Shown here: positions 1 through 8,498 of the stretch, piece after piece | How positions within the stretch are numbered: position 1 is the first letter of the stretch | Layout: every line of letters starts with the position of its first letter | Origin: a virus | Reading direction: 5' to 3' (one strand) | IMG/VR virus record: IMGVR_UViG_3300025695_000007 | Location: 1 to 64,000 of that record | DNA length: 64,000 nt | Translations under genes and position numbers: made by a program | The notes under the pieces: model-generated | Database searches by the model: none | What the model was told of the DNA's origin: nothing | The model's input: the letters and a program-made list of their open reading frames with translations, nothing else

Positions 1-93
1 GAAATGCCAGCATGGTATCAATACACACTTAGCGTAATTGTTGCAGCATCATTTGGTGTACGAGCAGCAGTAGGATTTATGGGCAAAAAATGA
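1..93 (+). CDS. Holin-like membrane protein, C-terminal part (truncated by window edge)
   Basis: Frame 1 reads EMPAWYQYTLSVIVAASFGVRAAVGFMGKK*: a hydrophobic helix with a basic tail; its stop overlaps the lysozyme ATG (ATGA). Confidence 0.65.
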   Translation, partial: EMPAWYQYTLSVIVAASFGVRAAVGFMGKK

Positions 94-536
94 ATGTAGA
101 CAGACTACAAAAGCAGTTAGAAATTGATGAAGGAGTTAAATATGTCATCTATGTCGATCACCTCGGTTACCCGACATTTGGTATCGGACATAGAATTACT
201 AGGGATGATAAAGAATATTGGGATCCACTAGGTACTGAAATATCTGAAAAAAGAGTAAGAACTGCTTTTGAAACAGATCTCTGTATAGCAGTAGGAGACT
301 GCGAAGCTTTATACGGAGAAAGATTTGGTAGCTGGCCTTCAGAAGTGCAAGAAATTTTGGTTAATATGATGTTTAATATGGGAAGAACTCGTATGAGAAA
401 GTTTAAAAATATGAAAGCAGCATTATTAGAACAAGATTGGAAAACCGCAGCAAAAGAAGGGAGGGATAGTAAATGGTATAACCAAGTACCAAATAGGGCT
501 GAAAGGCTTATGTCTCGACTGGAAAATGTTTCTTGA
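90..536 (+). CDS. Endolysin, T4-lysozyme-like (GH24) muramidase
   Basis: DEG...YVDHLGYPTFGIGH catalytic E-D-T pattern; NMMFNMG and SKWYNQVPNRAERL motifs. Confidence 0.92.
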   Translation: MNVDRLQKQLEIDEGVKYVIYVDHLGYPTFGIGHRITRDDKEYWDPLGTEISEKRVRTAFETDLCIAVGDCEALYGERFGSWPSEVQEILVNMMFNMGRTRMRKFKNMKAALLEQDWKTAAKEGRDSKWYNQVPNRAERLMSRLENVS

Positions 537-561
537 CAAAGTGTCTCCATTTTAGTATAAT
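533..561 (+). promoter_or_regulatory. Sigma70-type promoter
   Basis: TTGACA-17nt-TATAAT; the -35 box contains the lysozyme TGA stop. Confidence 0.85.
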
Positions 562-588
562 ATATTCTACAATGGAGACATAACCTCA

Positions 589-1188
589 ATGAATTTATTT
601 TATTTAGACCAAGACCTGGATAAGTGTGCGCAGTACCATGTTGACAAGCATATAGTAAAAATGCCTTTAGAAGTAGCACAGCTAATGTGTACCGCAATAT
701 GGGTAGATGCTCATCTAGGTTTTGTACCTCGAGCTCTTAACAAAGAAGAGCGTGACCACCTCAACGAACTTAAGAAAGAAATCAAACACCTTTCTATGGA
801 AGAAAGACCTCTTACACCTTACCTGCCTATGATGTACAATCACCCCTGTACTATATGGGTGCGTTCGTCTTTAGATAACTTTGAGTGGACACACTGTTAC
901 GGCAATGCTCTGAATGATGAGTACTACTATCGCTATGGCAAGCAGCATAAGTCTATAGTTGATGTAGTAAACAAACTACCTGAGCCTAAGAATATGCCTA
1001 GGAATGGTTTTACTACATTCGGCTTAGCAATGCCAGACGATTTAAAAGACTATGATAATCCTATACAATCGTACAGAGATTATTATCACTTAGATAAAGC
1101 AACCTTCGCTACTTGGTCACATAGAGATAGACCTGAGTGGTGGGACGACAACTACGCAATGTATGACAGAAGGATAACTGCAAAGTGA
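589..1188 (+). CDS. Pyrimidine-dimer DNA glycosylase / DenV-like family protein
   Basis: MNLFYLD...QYHVDKHIVKMPLEVAQLMCTA, NHPCTIW, EYYYRYGKQHKS and YRDYY motifs. Confidence 0.75.
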   Translation: MNLFYLDQDLDKCAQYHVDKHIVKMPLEVAQLMCTAIWVDAHLGFVPRALNKEERDHLNELKKEIKHLSMEERPLTPYLPMMYNHPCTIWVRSSLDNFEWTHCYGNALNDEYYYRYGKQHKSIVDVVNKLPEPKNMPRNGFTTFGLAMPDDLKDYDNPIQSYRDYYHLDKATFATWSHRDRPEWWDDNYAMYDRRITAK

Positions 1189-1832
1189 AAGTTAAACTAA
1201 TCAGCCATTCAAAAGGAATGGGAGGAAATACATTACTAGAAGATATAGCATATATTGCGCGAGTATCTAACCCTAGTAATCAAAACAATACAGCTACGTC
1301 AGAAAAGTTAATACGATATCTTATCAAGCATAAACACTGGTCTCCTTTCGAGATGGTATCTGTGTGCATGGAGATTGAAACTACTCGTGACATAGCAAAA
1401 CAGATACTACGTCATCGCAGCTTCTCCTTTCAGGAGTTTAGTCAGCGATATGCTGATCCTGAAGACCTAGGAGTATTTGTACTTCGAGAAGCTAGGATGC
1501 AAGACACTGAGAATCGTCAGAATAGTATTGAGTGCGATAATCTACACGTTGCAGCTTTTTGGGAAAACTCTCAGAGAAATGTAATCAGTGCTGCTCAGAT
1601 GGCGTATGAGTATGCTATCAAATCAGGTATAGCAAAAGAGCAGGCTCGTGCAGTACTTCCAGAGGGTTGCACGCCTACGCGTATGTATATGAACGGAACT
1701 CTACGAAGTTGGCTTCATTACATAGAAATCCGTAGCGGGGTCGAAACACAGAAAGAACATCGAGAAATAGCTCTAGAAGCTGCCTGTCAATTGAGTCCGA
1801 TTTTTCCTATGATAAATGAATTTATTAGTTGA
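1185..1832 (+). CDS. thyX: Flavin-dependent thymidylate synthase
   Basis: HWSPFE, RHRSFSFQEFSQRY ThyX signature, EQARAVLP, TQKEHREIA. Confidence 0.96.
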   Translation: MKVKLISHSKGMGGNTLLEDIAYIARVSNPSNQNNTATSEKLIRYLIKHKHWSPFEMVSVCMEIETTRDIAKQILRHRSFSFQEFSQRYADPEDLGVFVLREARMQDTENRQNSIECDNLHVAAFWENSQRNVISAAQMAYEYAIKSGIAKEQARAVLPEGCTPTRMYMNGTLRSWLHYIEIRSGVETQKEHREIALEAACQLSPIFPMINEFIS

Positions 1833-1857
1833 CAGAATGCTTATAATTCAGTATAAT
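1829..1857 (+). promoter_or_regulatory. Sigma70-type promoter
   Basis: TTGACA-17nt-TATAAT overlapping the thyX stop. Confidence 0.8.
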
Positions 1858-1879
1858 ATATTTTTATTTGGAGAGTTAG

Positions 1880-2281
1880 ATGGCTGAAGGCAAAAAATAT
1901 GATGGCGGAAAGCCCCAGATGCACCTGCTTCCTCCCAAAGCTATAGAACAAGTAGCTGAAGTATTGACATTTGGTGCAGTAAAGTATGGCGAACACAACT
2001 GGAAGAAGCTAGACAACTTACAAAACAGATACACTAGTGCAGCTCTGAGACATATCTTTCAAAGCATGGAACAAGAGCTAGATGAAGAAACTGGATGCTA
2101 TCACGAAGCACATGCAATATGTTGTTTATTATTTAAATTGGAGGCTAAACTAAATGAGGCGCGGAGTAAAGAAGAAGGACTACGAGAATCTGAGCGCAGC
2201 CAACATCAAGAAAGTGATATCTCTATTGACCCCTGGAGAGGGTACTTCACAGTCGGCGATTACGAAGAAAGCGGCGTGTGA
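1880..2281 (+). CDS. dATP/dGTP diphosphohydrolase domain protein (DUF5664-like)
   Basis: KYDGGKP-x-HLLP...VAEVLTFGAVKYGEHNW...RYTSAALRH...HEAHAICCLLF; GGAG SD upstream. Confidence 0.8.
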   Translation: MAEGKKYDGGKPQMHLLPPKAIEQVAEVLTFGAVKYGEHNWKKLDNLQNRYTSAALRHIFQSMEQELDEETGCYHEAHAICCLLFKLEAKLNEARSKEEGLRESERSQHQESDISIDPWRGYFTVGDYEESGV

Positions 2282-2876
2282 TATGCTCAACATCTCGTAC
2301 AACACTACGAGATTGGATAGAATCATTGAAGATTTCTTAGAGACACAAGCATATGTCGCTAAGCGTAAGTCAATGAATCGTGGTAAGCCTGCCACTGATA
2401 TGGAGATTGGAGAGGCTGTAATGAGCTATCTTCAGGGTGCTACAATAGCAGATATTGCTAAGGGTTTGTATCGCTCTCCATCATTCGTCAAGAATTTGAT
2501 CGAAAGGGTTGGTGTACCACAAAGACTTACTTCAAAAGATCAAGCAAGAGAAATAGACTATCTTCCAGATGAGTGTGTTTCTGATTCTTTTGAGATAGGT
2601 GAGATAGTCTGGTCTGCTAGGTATCATCGAGCAGGTACAGTTATGCAAGAATTAAGTCCTACTTATGTTCAATCTAGGAAGGGTCTAGCGAATACTAACT
2701 ATGAAGAAAAGTATGCGTGCAAATGCTATGATATACATATCTCAGAAGCTACAGACAGCGAAGACTCTATGTTTCCAGGCGTATCTGCAGGTGGGTTCTT
2801 TGCCTCTTCTGCAGCCTACGACCTCGGTAAACTCTCACACTTAGAGAAATATGGCATAAATCTCAAGACCTTATAA
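2154..2876 (+). CDS. D2: T5 D2-like DNA-binding protein
   Basis: TKKAACDML and YLQGATIADIAKGLYRS (HTH-like) resemble T5 D2; position before D3; GGAGG SD. Confidence 0.75.
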   Translation: MRRGVKKKDYENLSAANIKKVISLLTPGEGTSQSAITKKAACDMLNISYNTTRLDRIIEDFLETQAYVAKRKSMNRGKPATDMEIGEAVMSYLQGATIADIAKGLYRSPSFVKNLIERVGVPQRLTSKDQAREIDYLPDECVSDSFEIGEIVWSARYHRAGTVMQELSPTYVQSRKGLANTNYEEKYACKCYDIHISEATDSEDSMFPGVSAGGFFASSAAYDLGKLSHLEKYGINLKTL

Positions 2877-2886
2877 AAAATAATTC

Positions 2887-2916
2887 TTGACAACTTGCTA
2901 GAAACTTTTATATAAT
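2887..2916 (+). promoter_or_regulatory. Sigma70-type promoter
   Basis: AAAAAATAATTC-TTGACA-18nt-TATAAT. Confidence 0.8.
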
Positions 2917-2949
2917 ATTATTTCAAATTTAAGACAGGAGTAAAAAATC

Positions 2950-3312
2950 GTGGCATGGGACGACGATAAGAAAGCAGCAGTAATTGAAGCGTACGAAGAG
3001 CAAAACCCAACACCTGAGAACTCGATGGAAATCGTGAAAGACTTAGCTGATGAATACGAAGAATCGCCTAATGGTGTTCGTATGATTCTAACTAAAGCTG
3101 GTGTTTATGTTAAAAAGACTCCAGCCGCTTCAACTAAATCTTCTGGAGGCACTAGTGCTGGCGGTACGCGAGTATCTAAAGTAGCCGCCCAGGAGTCGTT
3201 AATAGCCGCACTCACCGATGCGGGTCAAGAAATCGACAATGATATTGTGGATAAATTGACAGGTAAAGCTGCCCAGTATTTTGCTGGAGTAATTGCCGCT
3301 ATTAATGCCTAA
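2950..3312 (+). CDS. D3: T5 D3-like protein
   Basis: SMEIV...PNGVRMILTKAGVYVKK...IVDKLTGKAA matches recalled T5 D3; GTG start with AGGAG SD. Confidence 0.8.
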   Translation: MAWDDDKKAAVIEAYEEQNPTPENSMEIVKDLADEYEESPNGVRMILTKAGVYVKKTPAASTKSSGGTSAGGTRVSKVAAQESLIAALTDAGQEIDNDIVDKLTGKAAQYFAGVIAAINA

Positions 3313-3335
3313 ATCCAAGCCTTAATAAGCCTGGT

Positions 3336-3372
3336 AAACGTCAGAGAGTTCCCCGCTCTCTGGCGTTTCTTT
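3336..3372 (+). terminator. Rho-independent terminator after D3
   Basis: AAACGTCAGAGAG/CTCTCTGGCGTTT stem followed by T-rich tract. Confidence 0.7.
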
Positions 3373-3442
3373 GCATCTACATCTTTCACCAAAGAAGTCA
3401 GCATTGCAAAAGATTTTGCTAACCTGCAACAAAGGAAGAAGG

Positions 3443-3712
3443 ATGAAAAAAGAAGCTTTAGCCAGCCTAGTACATGACTATGGTGATGCTGTGATAACAT
3501 ACAGAAGTGAAAACTCGAATAAGTTGAAGTACAATGTTTGTACTCTTGACTTTTCTACCCCCTATATACAAGGAAAAACTAGCAGAGCCAAAGAAGATAA
3601 AACTACTTTATTGCTTTTTTGCTGGGATACTGACTCCTATAGACTCTTAAAACCGTCTACTGTAACCAGCGTAGTTCCGTTAGCTTCCGTACTCAAAAAC
3701 GGAAGGTATTAA
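3443..3712 (+). CDS. Conserved T5-like hypothetical protein (start moved to ATG 3443)
   Basis: AAGGAAG SD before MKKEALA...; LLFCWDTDSYR motif; T5 synteny between D3 and the PC4-like gene. Confidence 0.7.
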   Translation: MKKEALASLVHDYGDAVITYRSENSNKLKYNVCTLDFSTPYIQGKTSRAKEDKTTLLLFCWDTDSYRLLKPSTVTSVVPLASVLKNGRY

Positions 3713-4011
3713 TGGACTTATATCAAGCGCCCGAACTTTACGAAAGAGTAATACATTACGATTCTGAGAAAGAAATTCAGATTCGTTTGACTATTAGTAA
3801 CTTTCGAGGAGTAGAATATCTCAGCCTTCGAAAATACTATCTTGACTTTTTCGAAGAGTGGAGACCTACTCCTGAAGGTATTTCTATGCCTATTGATTTC
3901 TCTAATTCAAAAGAGTTGTTTATAGGTCTAACAGAGATTCTATCGCTTGCAGAGTCGAAAGAAATTATAGAAGAGAACTTCAAAGACTTAATTCAGGACA
4001 TCTACAAATAA
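3712..4011 (+). CDS. PC4/p15-like ssDNA-binding protein
   Basis: RLTISNFRGVEYLSLRKYY...WRPTPEGIS PC4-fold motif; T5 encodes a PC4 homologue at this position. Confidence 0.85.
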   Translation: MDLYQAPELYERVIHYDSEKEIQIRLTISNFRGVEYLSLRKYYLDFFEEWRPTPEGISMPIDFSNSKELFIGLTEILSLAESKEIIEENFKDLIQDIYK

Positions 4012-4014
4012 TTC

Positions 4015-4043
4015 TTGACTTCTACCTTATAGTTGTATATAAT
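4015..4043 (+). promoter_or_regulatory. Sigma70-type promoter
   Basis: AAATAATTC-TTGACT-17nt-TATAAT. Confidence 0.8.
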
Positions 4044-4069
4044 ATACATATAAATGAAAGGAGCAAGTT

Positions 4070-5014
4070 TTGAAAAAGTTTTTAGATGACGCTAGTAGTG
4101 CTTACTATCAAGGCACTCCACTTCTATCAGACGAAGAGTTTGATAGATTGGCTGAGAAGTACTCCTATAATCAAGTTGGACACACTACCTCTGGTGGGAC
4201 TCCTCACCTCTACAAAATGTACTCTCTTCAGAAGTTCTTTGAGCTGGACGGTGTTTGCAGCAACTTAGAAGATTATGTAGCTACTCCTAAGTTAGACGGC
4301 GCAGCAGTATCTATTCTATATGTTAATGGAAAGTTAGCAATGGCTCTTACTCGTGGTGATGGCATAAAAGGTCAAATCATCACGGATAAGATAGCCTATC
4401 TTGTTCCTAACGAAATTCTACTTACAGGCACTGTTCAGATTACTGGAGAGGTTGTATGTCCTTCATCTGTGGCAAATGCTCGTAACGTCGCAGCGGGGTC
4501 ACTAAATCTTAAAAGTATAGAAGACTTTAAGACTCGCCCAGTAGAGTTTGTAGCATATGATGTACAAGGCGATATTGACTTCAGAACTTGGGTACGAGCA
4601 ATGCTTGCCCTAGAGTTTCAAGGTTTTAAGTCTGTATATAAATTTGACGCAAGTAACTATCCTACAGATGGTATTGTGTACCGAATCAATGATTATGAAG
4701 TTTTCTTCGAGATGGGCTTTACTGCTCATCATCCTAGAGGAGCTTTTGCTTTTAAAGAGCAAAAGGAAGGAGTGGTAACAACACTTCTTGATGTTGTGTG
4801 GCAGGTAGGCAAGAGCGGAGTTGTCAGTCCTGTTGCAATTCTAGAGCCTATTGTAATAGGTGAAGCTACGATAGCCCGAGCTACGCTACACAATATCGAA
4901 TACATACGGGAATTGAATCTAGAAATAGGTTGCCAAGTCGAGGTTATTAGGTCTGGAGAAATTATACCAAGAGTTGTCAAAAGAGTAGATGACCTTGCAA
5001 AAAATAATTCTTGA
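4070..5014 (+). CDS. ligA: NAD-dependent DNA ligase subunit A (adenylation + OB domains)
   Basis: YYQG..LSDEEFDRL, TPKLDG active site, TRGDG, ARNVAAGSL, PTDGIV, WQVGKSG, RATLHN, RSGEIIP. Confidence 0.93.
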   Translation: MKKFLDDASSAYYQGTPLLSDEEFDRLAEKYSYNQVGHTTSGGTPHLYKMYSLQKFFELDGVCSNLEDYVATPKLDGAAVSILYVNGKLAMALTRGDGIKGQIITDKIAYLVPNEILLTGTVQITGEVVCPSSVANARNVAAGSLNLKSIEDFKTRPVEFVAYDVQGDIDFRTWVRAMLALEFQGFKSVYKFDASNYPTDGIVYRINDYEVFFEMGFTAHHPRGAFAFKEQKEGVVTTLLDVVWQVGKSGVVSPVAILEPIVIGEATIARATLHNIEYIRELNLEIGCQVEVIRSGEIIPRVVKRVDDLAKNNS

Positions 5015-5039
5015 CTTTTACCTTAGATTTCCGTATAAT
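5011..5039 (+). promoter_or_regulatory. Sigma70-type promoter between the two ligase halves
   Basis: AAAAATAATTC-TTGACT-17nt-TATAAT; TGA of the -35 box is the ligase A stop. Confidence 0.8.
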
Positions 5040-5067
5040 ATCTTTTCAACTTTGAGGAAGAACCCGA

Positions 5068-5835
5068 ATGATAGAAATTCAAGCTCCGACACATTGCCCT
5101 TCGTGCAACTCGTCACTTGAATGGTCCAACCATCTGCTATACTGTAGAAATTCTAATTGTCATTCTCAATCAGCTAAAAAGCTGGAGCATTTCGCAAAAA
5201 CACTAAAAATCAAGGGACTTGGTCCTGCCTCCATAAGTAAGCTGGGATTGACCAGCTTAGAGGAAGTCTATTCCCTTGAATTAAGTGATCTTTGCGAGAA
5301 GCTCTCTTCCGAGAAGTTAGGACACAAACTGTTTTTAGAAATAGAAAACTCTAAGAAAGTAGGTCTTGAGACTTTGCTGCCCGCTTTTAGTATTCCTCTG
5401 ATTGGTAGAACTGCCGCAGAAAAATTATCTAAAGTCTGCAACAATATTATAGACATAGACTACGATAGCTGCGCTAAAGCCGGTCTAGGCGAAAAAGCAA
5501 CAGAAAGTCTCATTTCTTGGCTACAGAAAGATTTTTATTCCTATTACGATGGTATGTTACCCTTTAGCTTCGATTTTAGTAAAGCCTCTAGTAGTGTCAG
5601 TAATGCACCCAAAGGTACAGTTTGTATCTCGGGCAAATTAAATAGTTACAAAACTAAGGCTGAAGCAACTAAGATTCTTGAAGATCTAGGGTACATTGTC
5701 AAGAGCAGTTTAACAAAAGAGGTAGGGATTCTAGTAAACGAAAGCGGCATAGAATCACTGAAAACTCAAAAAGCCAGAGAGTCTGGCGTACAAATAATTA
5801 ACAACCTTAAAACTTTTATTTTGGAGAATATATAA
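5068..5835 (+). CDS. ligB: NAD-dependent DNA ligase subunit B (Zn finger, HhH, BRCT)
   Basis: PTHCPSC...YCRNSNC, IKGLGP HhH, C-terminal BRCT (VCISGKL...KTQKARESGVQII); split as in T5. Confidence 0.9.
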   Translation: MIEIQAPTHCPSCNSSLEWSNHLLYCRNSNCHSQSAKKLEHFAKTLKIKGLGPASISKLGLTSLEEVYSLELSDLCEKLSSEKLGHKLFLEIENSKKVGLETLLPAFSIPLIGRTAAEKLSKVCNNIIDIDYDSCAKAGLGEKATESLISWLQKDFYSYYDGMLPFSFDFSKASSSVSNAPKGTVCISGKLNSYKTKAEATKILEDLGYIVKSSLTKEVGILVNESGIESLKTQKARESGVQIINNLKTFILENI

Positions 5836-6560
5836 TGGCAGTCCCTAAGTGGAATGACGAACGCACAACGCAACTCACTAACTTCATTGGTGATGAAGCT
5901 CCCGTATCACAAGCAACTGTAGCAGGCGCTGCAGAGGCTCTCGAAACTTCTTCTCGCTCAGTTTCTAGCAAGCTGCGTAAGATGGGCTTCGACGTAGAAC
6001 TTGCTTCTGCAGCTGGAGGCAAAGCCTTCTCAGCTGATCAAGAAGCAACTCTTGCTACATTTGTAGAAGACAACAGCGGCAGCTACACTTATGCTGAAGT
6101 TGCACAGTACTTCGAGAATGGAGCGTTTTCCGCCAAGCAGATTCAAGGTAAGATTCTGTCAATGGAACTGACTGGTCATATTAAACCTGCTCCTAAAGTT
6201 GAATCTGTAAAAACTTATACAGATGCTGAAGAAGCTAAGTTTATTGATCTGGTCAACTCTGGCGCATTTGTTGAGGCAATTGCCGAAGCAATGGATCGTA
6301 GCGTAGCATCTGTTCGTGGTAAGGCTCTCAGCCTTCTTCGTTCAGGCGCAATCGACGCTATTCCTCGTCAGGAAAGCACCAAGTCTGCATCAAAAGAAGA
6401 CCCCCTGGCTTCTATTGATAACATCGCAGACCTTACAGTAGAGCAAATTGCAGAGACTATTGGCAAAACTGTTCGTGGTGTTAAGACTATGCTAACTCGT
6501 CGTGGTATCACTGCTGCGGATTACGATGGTGCTGCAAAACAACAAAAAGCTGCACAGTAG
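5835..6560 (+). CDS. D5: T5 D5-like DNA-binding transcription regulator
   Basis: RSVSSKLRKMGF, KQIQGKILSMELT, RGKALSLLR, RGVKTMLTRRG, DYDGAAK match recalled T5 D5. Confidence 0.88.
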   Translation: MAVPKWNDERTTQLTNFIGDEAPVSQATVAGAAEALETSSRSVSSKLRKMGFDVELASAAGGKAFSADQEATLATFVEDNSGSYTYAEVAQYFENGAFSAKQIQGKILSMELTGHIKPAPKVESVKTYTDAEEAKFIDLVNSGAFVEAIAEAMDRSVASVRGKALSLLRSGAIDAIPRQESTKSASKEDPLASIDNIADLTVEQIAETIGKTVRGVKTMLTRRGITAADYDGAAKQQKAAQ

Positions 6561-6571
6561 TATAGTTTCAT

Positions 6572-6605
6572 CAGGCGCTAGTTATTTTGACTAGCGCTTG
6601 TTTTT
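6572..6605 (+). terminator. Rho-independent terminator after D5
   Basis: CAGGCGCTAGTTA/TGACTAGCGCTTG stem followed by TTTTT. Confidence 0.8.
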
Positions 6606-6628
6606 AGTTAGGTTCGGGAGACCTTAGA

Positions 6629-7978
6629 TTGAATATCGCCAGTGCTTTAATCAAGCAAGTCATTGCTTTGCAAGACTTCGAGACTTGGAGCCGGTTGCGT
6701 AAGCATTACTTACCTTCAGAGTATCACACTCTATACAAGGTTATTGACTCTCATTGCGATAAGTATCATCAAGTGCCTACATTTGATGATCTTCGCTATG
6801 AGATTCGTGACGGTGCTACACGGGACAGGCTCTATGCTATAGAAGGCATAGAAGTAGAGGCAGATCCTCTACACCTGCTCGAGTACCTAAAAAATGAGTA
6901 TGCACAAAAGGAAATTCTAGGGTCTCTTGAAACTTACGTAGATCAGTCTGTAGCTTTTGAAGATGCAGACGAATCTCTTGCACATCTTCACCAGATCGTT
7001 CTTGATGTAGAAAATAAAATTGATCTCAAAGATCCAGAGGAGAATATGCAATATATTCCTCTCTTCGATCCTGATGAAGAAGTAAGCAAGTACCTGCCTC
7101 TAGGTCTTAATGCTGAATACGATGATAAGATTAAGTTCTCTCCGAGAGACCTTATCCTTGTGGGCGGTCGACGTGGGGCAGGTAAATCTATAACTTGTGC
7201 TAACCTTGCCAACAATGTATTTAACTCAGGCAAGTCTGCAATCTATTTCACTATAGAAATGGATAGTCGCCAAATTCTCCAACGTTGCGCCTCAATCGCA
7301 ACGGGGATACCGTTCTCGAGACTAAAGTTGAAAAACCTTAGTGTTACAGAATGGGAAAAGGTTGCTGGATGGTGGGCTAACCGCTTTCAGCAGGGTGATG
7401 AGCGTTTGAAAGAGTACAAACAACATAGAGACTTCGAAAAATTCCATCGTGCATTGACAACTACCTGTGAGCTTCTCCCGACTCAACAGCTAGATGTTGT
7501 GTACGACCCATCTTTGACCATATCCAAAATCAAAGCGGAATTAGATAAGAAAGTTAAATCGTTGAATGTAGGTGTAGTCATTGTTGACTATATCAATCAA
7601 GTAAAGCGCTCAGCACTACCTTCTCGTGGTGGACAGTATGACTGGACTGAGCAGATAGAAGTTAGTAAGGCATTAAAAGCAATGGCACAAGAATTTGAAG
7701 TTCCAATATTCTCTCCATATCAAACCGATGCAAGTGGTGAGGCTAGATTCGCAAAAGGTATTCTAGACGCTGCAGATGCTGCATACGCTCTTGAGACCTG
7801 GAGTCCTGAAGATGGCTGCATCACTTTCAAGTGTGTTAAGATGCGTAATAATTCTATGGATTCATTCACCTCCACTATGGAGTGGGATTCATTGAAGATT
7901 GGTCCAGAGACTTCTCTATCTCCTAAGGAGGCTGAGGACTCTGAGCATAAAACTGGTGAAAGTATTGACGATCTTTAA
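6629..7978 (+). CDS. Replicative DNA helicase (DnaB-like, T5 D6)
   Basis: Walker A GGRRGAGKS, YFTIEM, VVIVDYINQ, SPYQ. Confidence 0.9.
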   Translation: MNIASALIKQVIALQDFETWSRLRKHYLPSEYHTLYKVIDSHCDKYHQVPTFDDLRYEIRDGATRDRLYAIEGIEVEADPLHLLEYLKNEYAQKEILGSLETYVDQSVAFEDADESLAHLHQIVLDVENKIDLKDPEENMQYIPLFDPDEEVSKYLPLGLNAEYDDKIKFSPRDLILVGGRRGAGKSITCANLANNVFNSGKSAIYFTIEMDSRQILQRCASIATGIPFSRLKLKNLSVTEWEKVAGWWANRFQQGDERLKEYKQHRDFEKFHRALTTTCELLPTQQLDVVYDPSLTISKIKAELDKKVKSLNVGVVIVDYINQVKRSALPSRGGQYDWTEQIEVSKALKAMAQEFEVPIFSPYQTDASGEARFAKGILDAADAAYALETWSPEDGCITFKCVKMRNNSMDSFTSTMEWDSLKIGPETSLSPKEAEDSEHKTGESIDDL

Positions 7979-7986
7979 AATACTTC

Positions 7987-8015
7987 TTGACACTTCTGCT
8001 ATTTTTTAGTATAAT
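7987..8015 (+). promoter_or_regulatory. Sigma70-type promoter
   Basis: AAAATACTTC-TTGACA-17nt-TATAAT. Confidence 0.85.
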
Positions 8016-8049
8016 ATACATATTAAATAAATAGCAGGAGTTTTTCTTT

Positions 8050-8340
8050 ATGATGGTTTTTACGGATAACCGTTACAGACCAATTTCTCGTAAACGTAAA
8101 AAGTTGCCCCCCAAACCAAAGCGAACTAAGCCTAAGTTTGTACCCTATGTCCCTTCATCAAAGGTATTTCGTAGGGAAACTCCAGATTACCCATCTGTAG
8201 TATCAAAGTCAACAGACCTCACTAAAGAAGACGACAGCTATAAGTTAGAAGTGTCTAAGAAGTACACTTTAGCCCCTGCCTACAACAAAGGCGCTTATCA
8301 AGTAATTAGTATAGACAATGTGGAGCATATAGGAAAATAA
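8050..8340 (+). CDS. Basic hypothetical protein
   Basis: Own promoter and AGGAG SD; RRETPDYPS and APAYNKGAYQVI motifs. Confidence 0.7.
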   Translation: MMVFTDNRYRPISRKRKKLPPKPKRTKPKFVPYVPSSKVFRRETPDYPSVVSKSTDLTKEDDSYKLEVSKKYTLAPAYNKGAYQVISIDNVEHIGK

Positions 8341-8498
8341 TGAAACCCTCACCAATTATGTCAGAAGATGTTTACAGATTTCTAAAGAATCTAGTAGACC
8401 CAGGCAAATTTGGGCATGCAGTAACTGCCGAAGTAAGAGATGAAGCCAGAGTATTACTAGGTTTAGGAAGAGCAGAAACGGAGCAGTATAGAACGTGA
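8340..8498 (+). CDS. 52-aa hypothetical protein (not in ORF track)
   Basis: MKPSPIMSEDVYRFLKNLVDPGKFGHAVTAEVRDEARVLLGLGRAETEQYRT*; TAATG coupling upstream, GTGA overlap with primase start. Confidence 0.7.
   Translation: MKPSPIMSEDVYRFLKNLVDPGKFGHAVTAEVRDEARVLLGLGRAETEQYRT

Noticed and set aside
167-697. Antisense and alternate-frame ORFs in the track (also 25622-26104, 48238-48828, 54683-54994 and similar)
   Set aside because: They shadow well-supported genes and lack an SD or recognisable motifs.
1880-2281. 2-aminoadenine (Z) genome system
   Set aside because: No PurZ or DatZ in the window; this domain is common in unmodified phages.
2154-2281. 128-nt overlap of the diphosphohydrolase and D2 genes as a functional dual-coding element
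   Set aside because: The hydrolase domain ends before the overlap; the tail looks like incidental read-on.
4070-5835. Ligase pseudogene or frameshift
   Set aside because: Both halves are intact with SD and promoter; the split is normal for T5-like phages.
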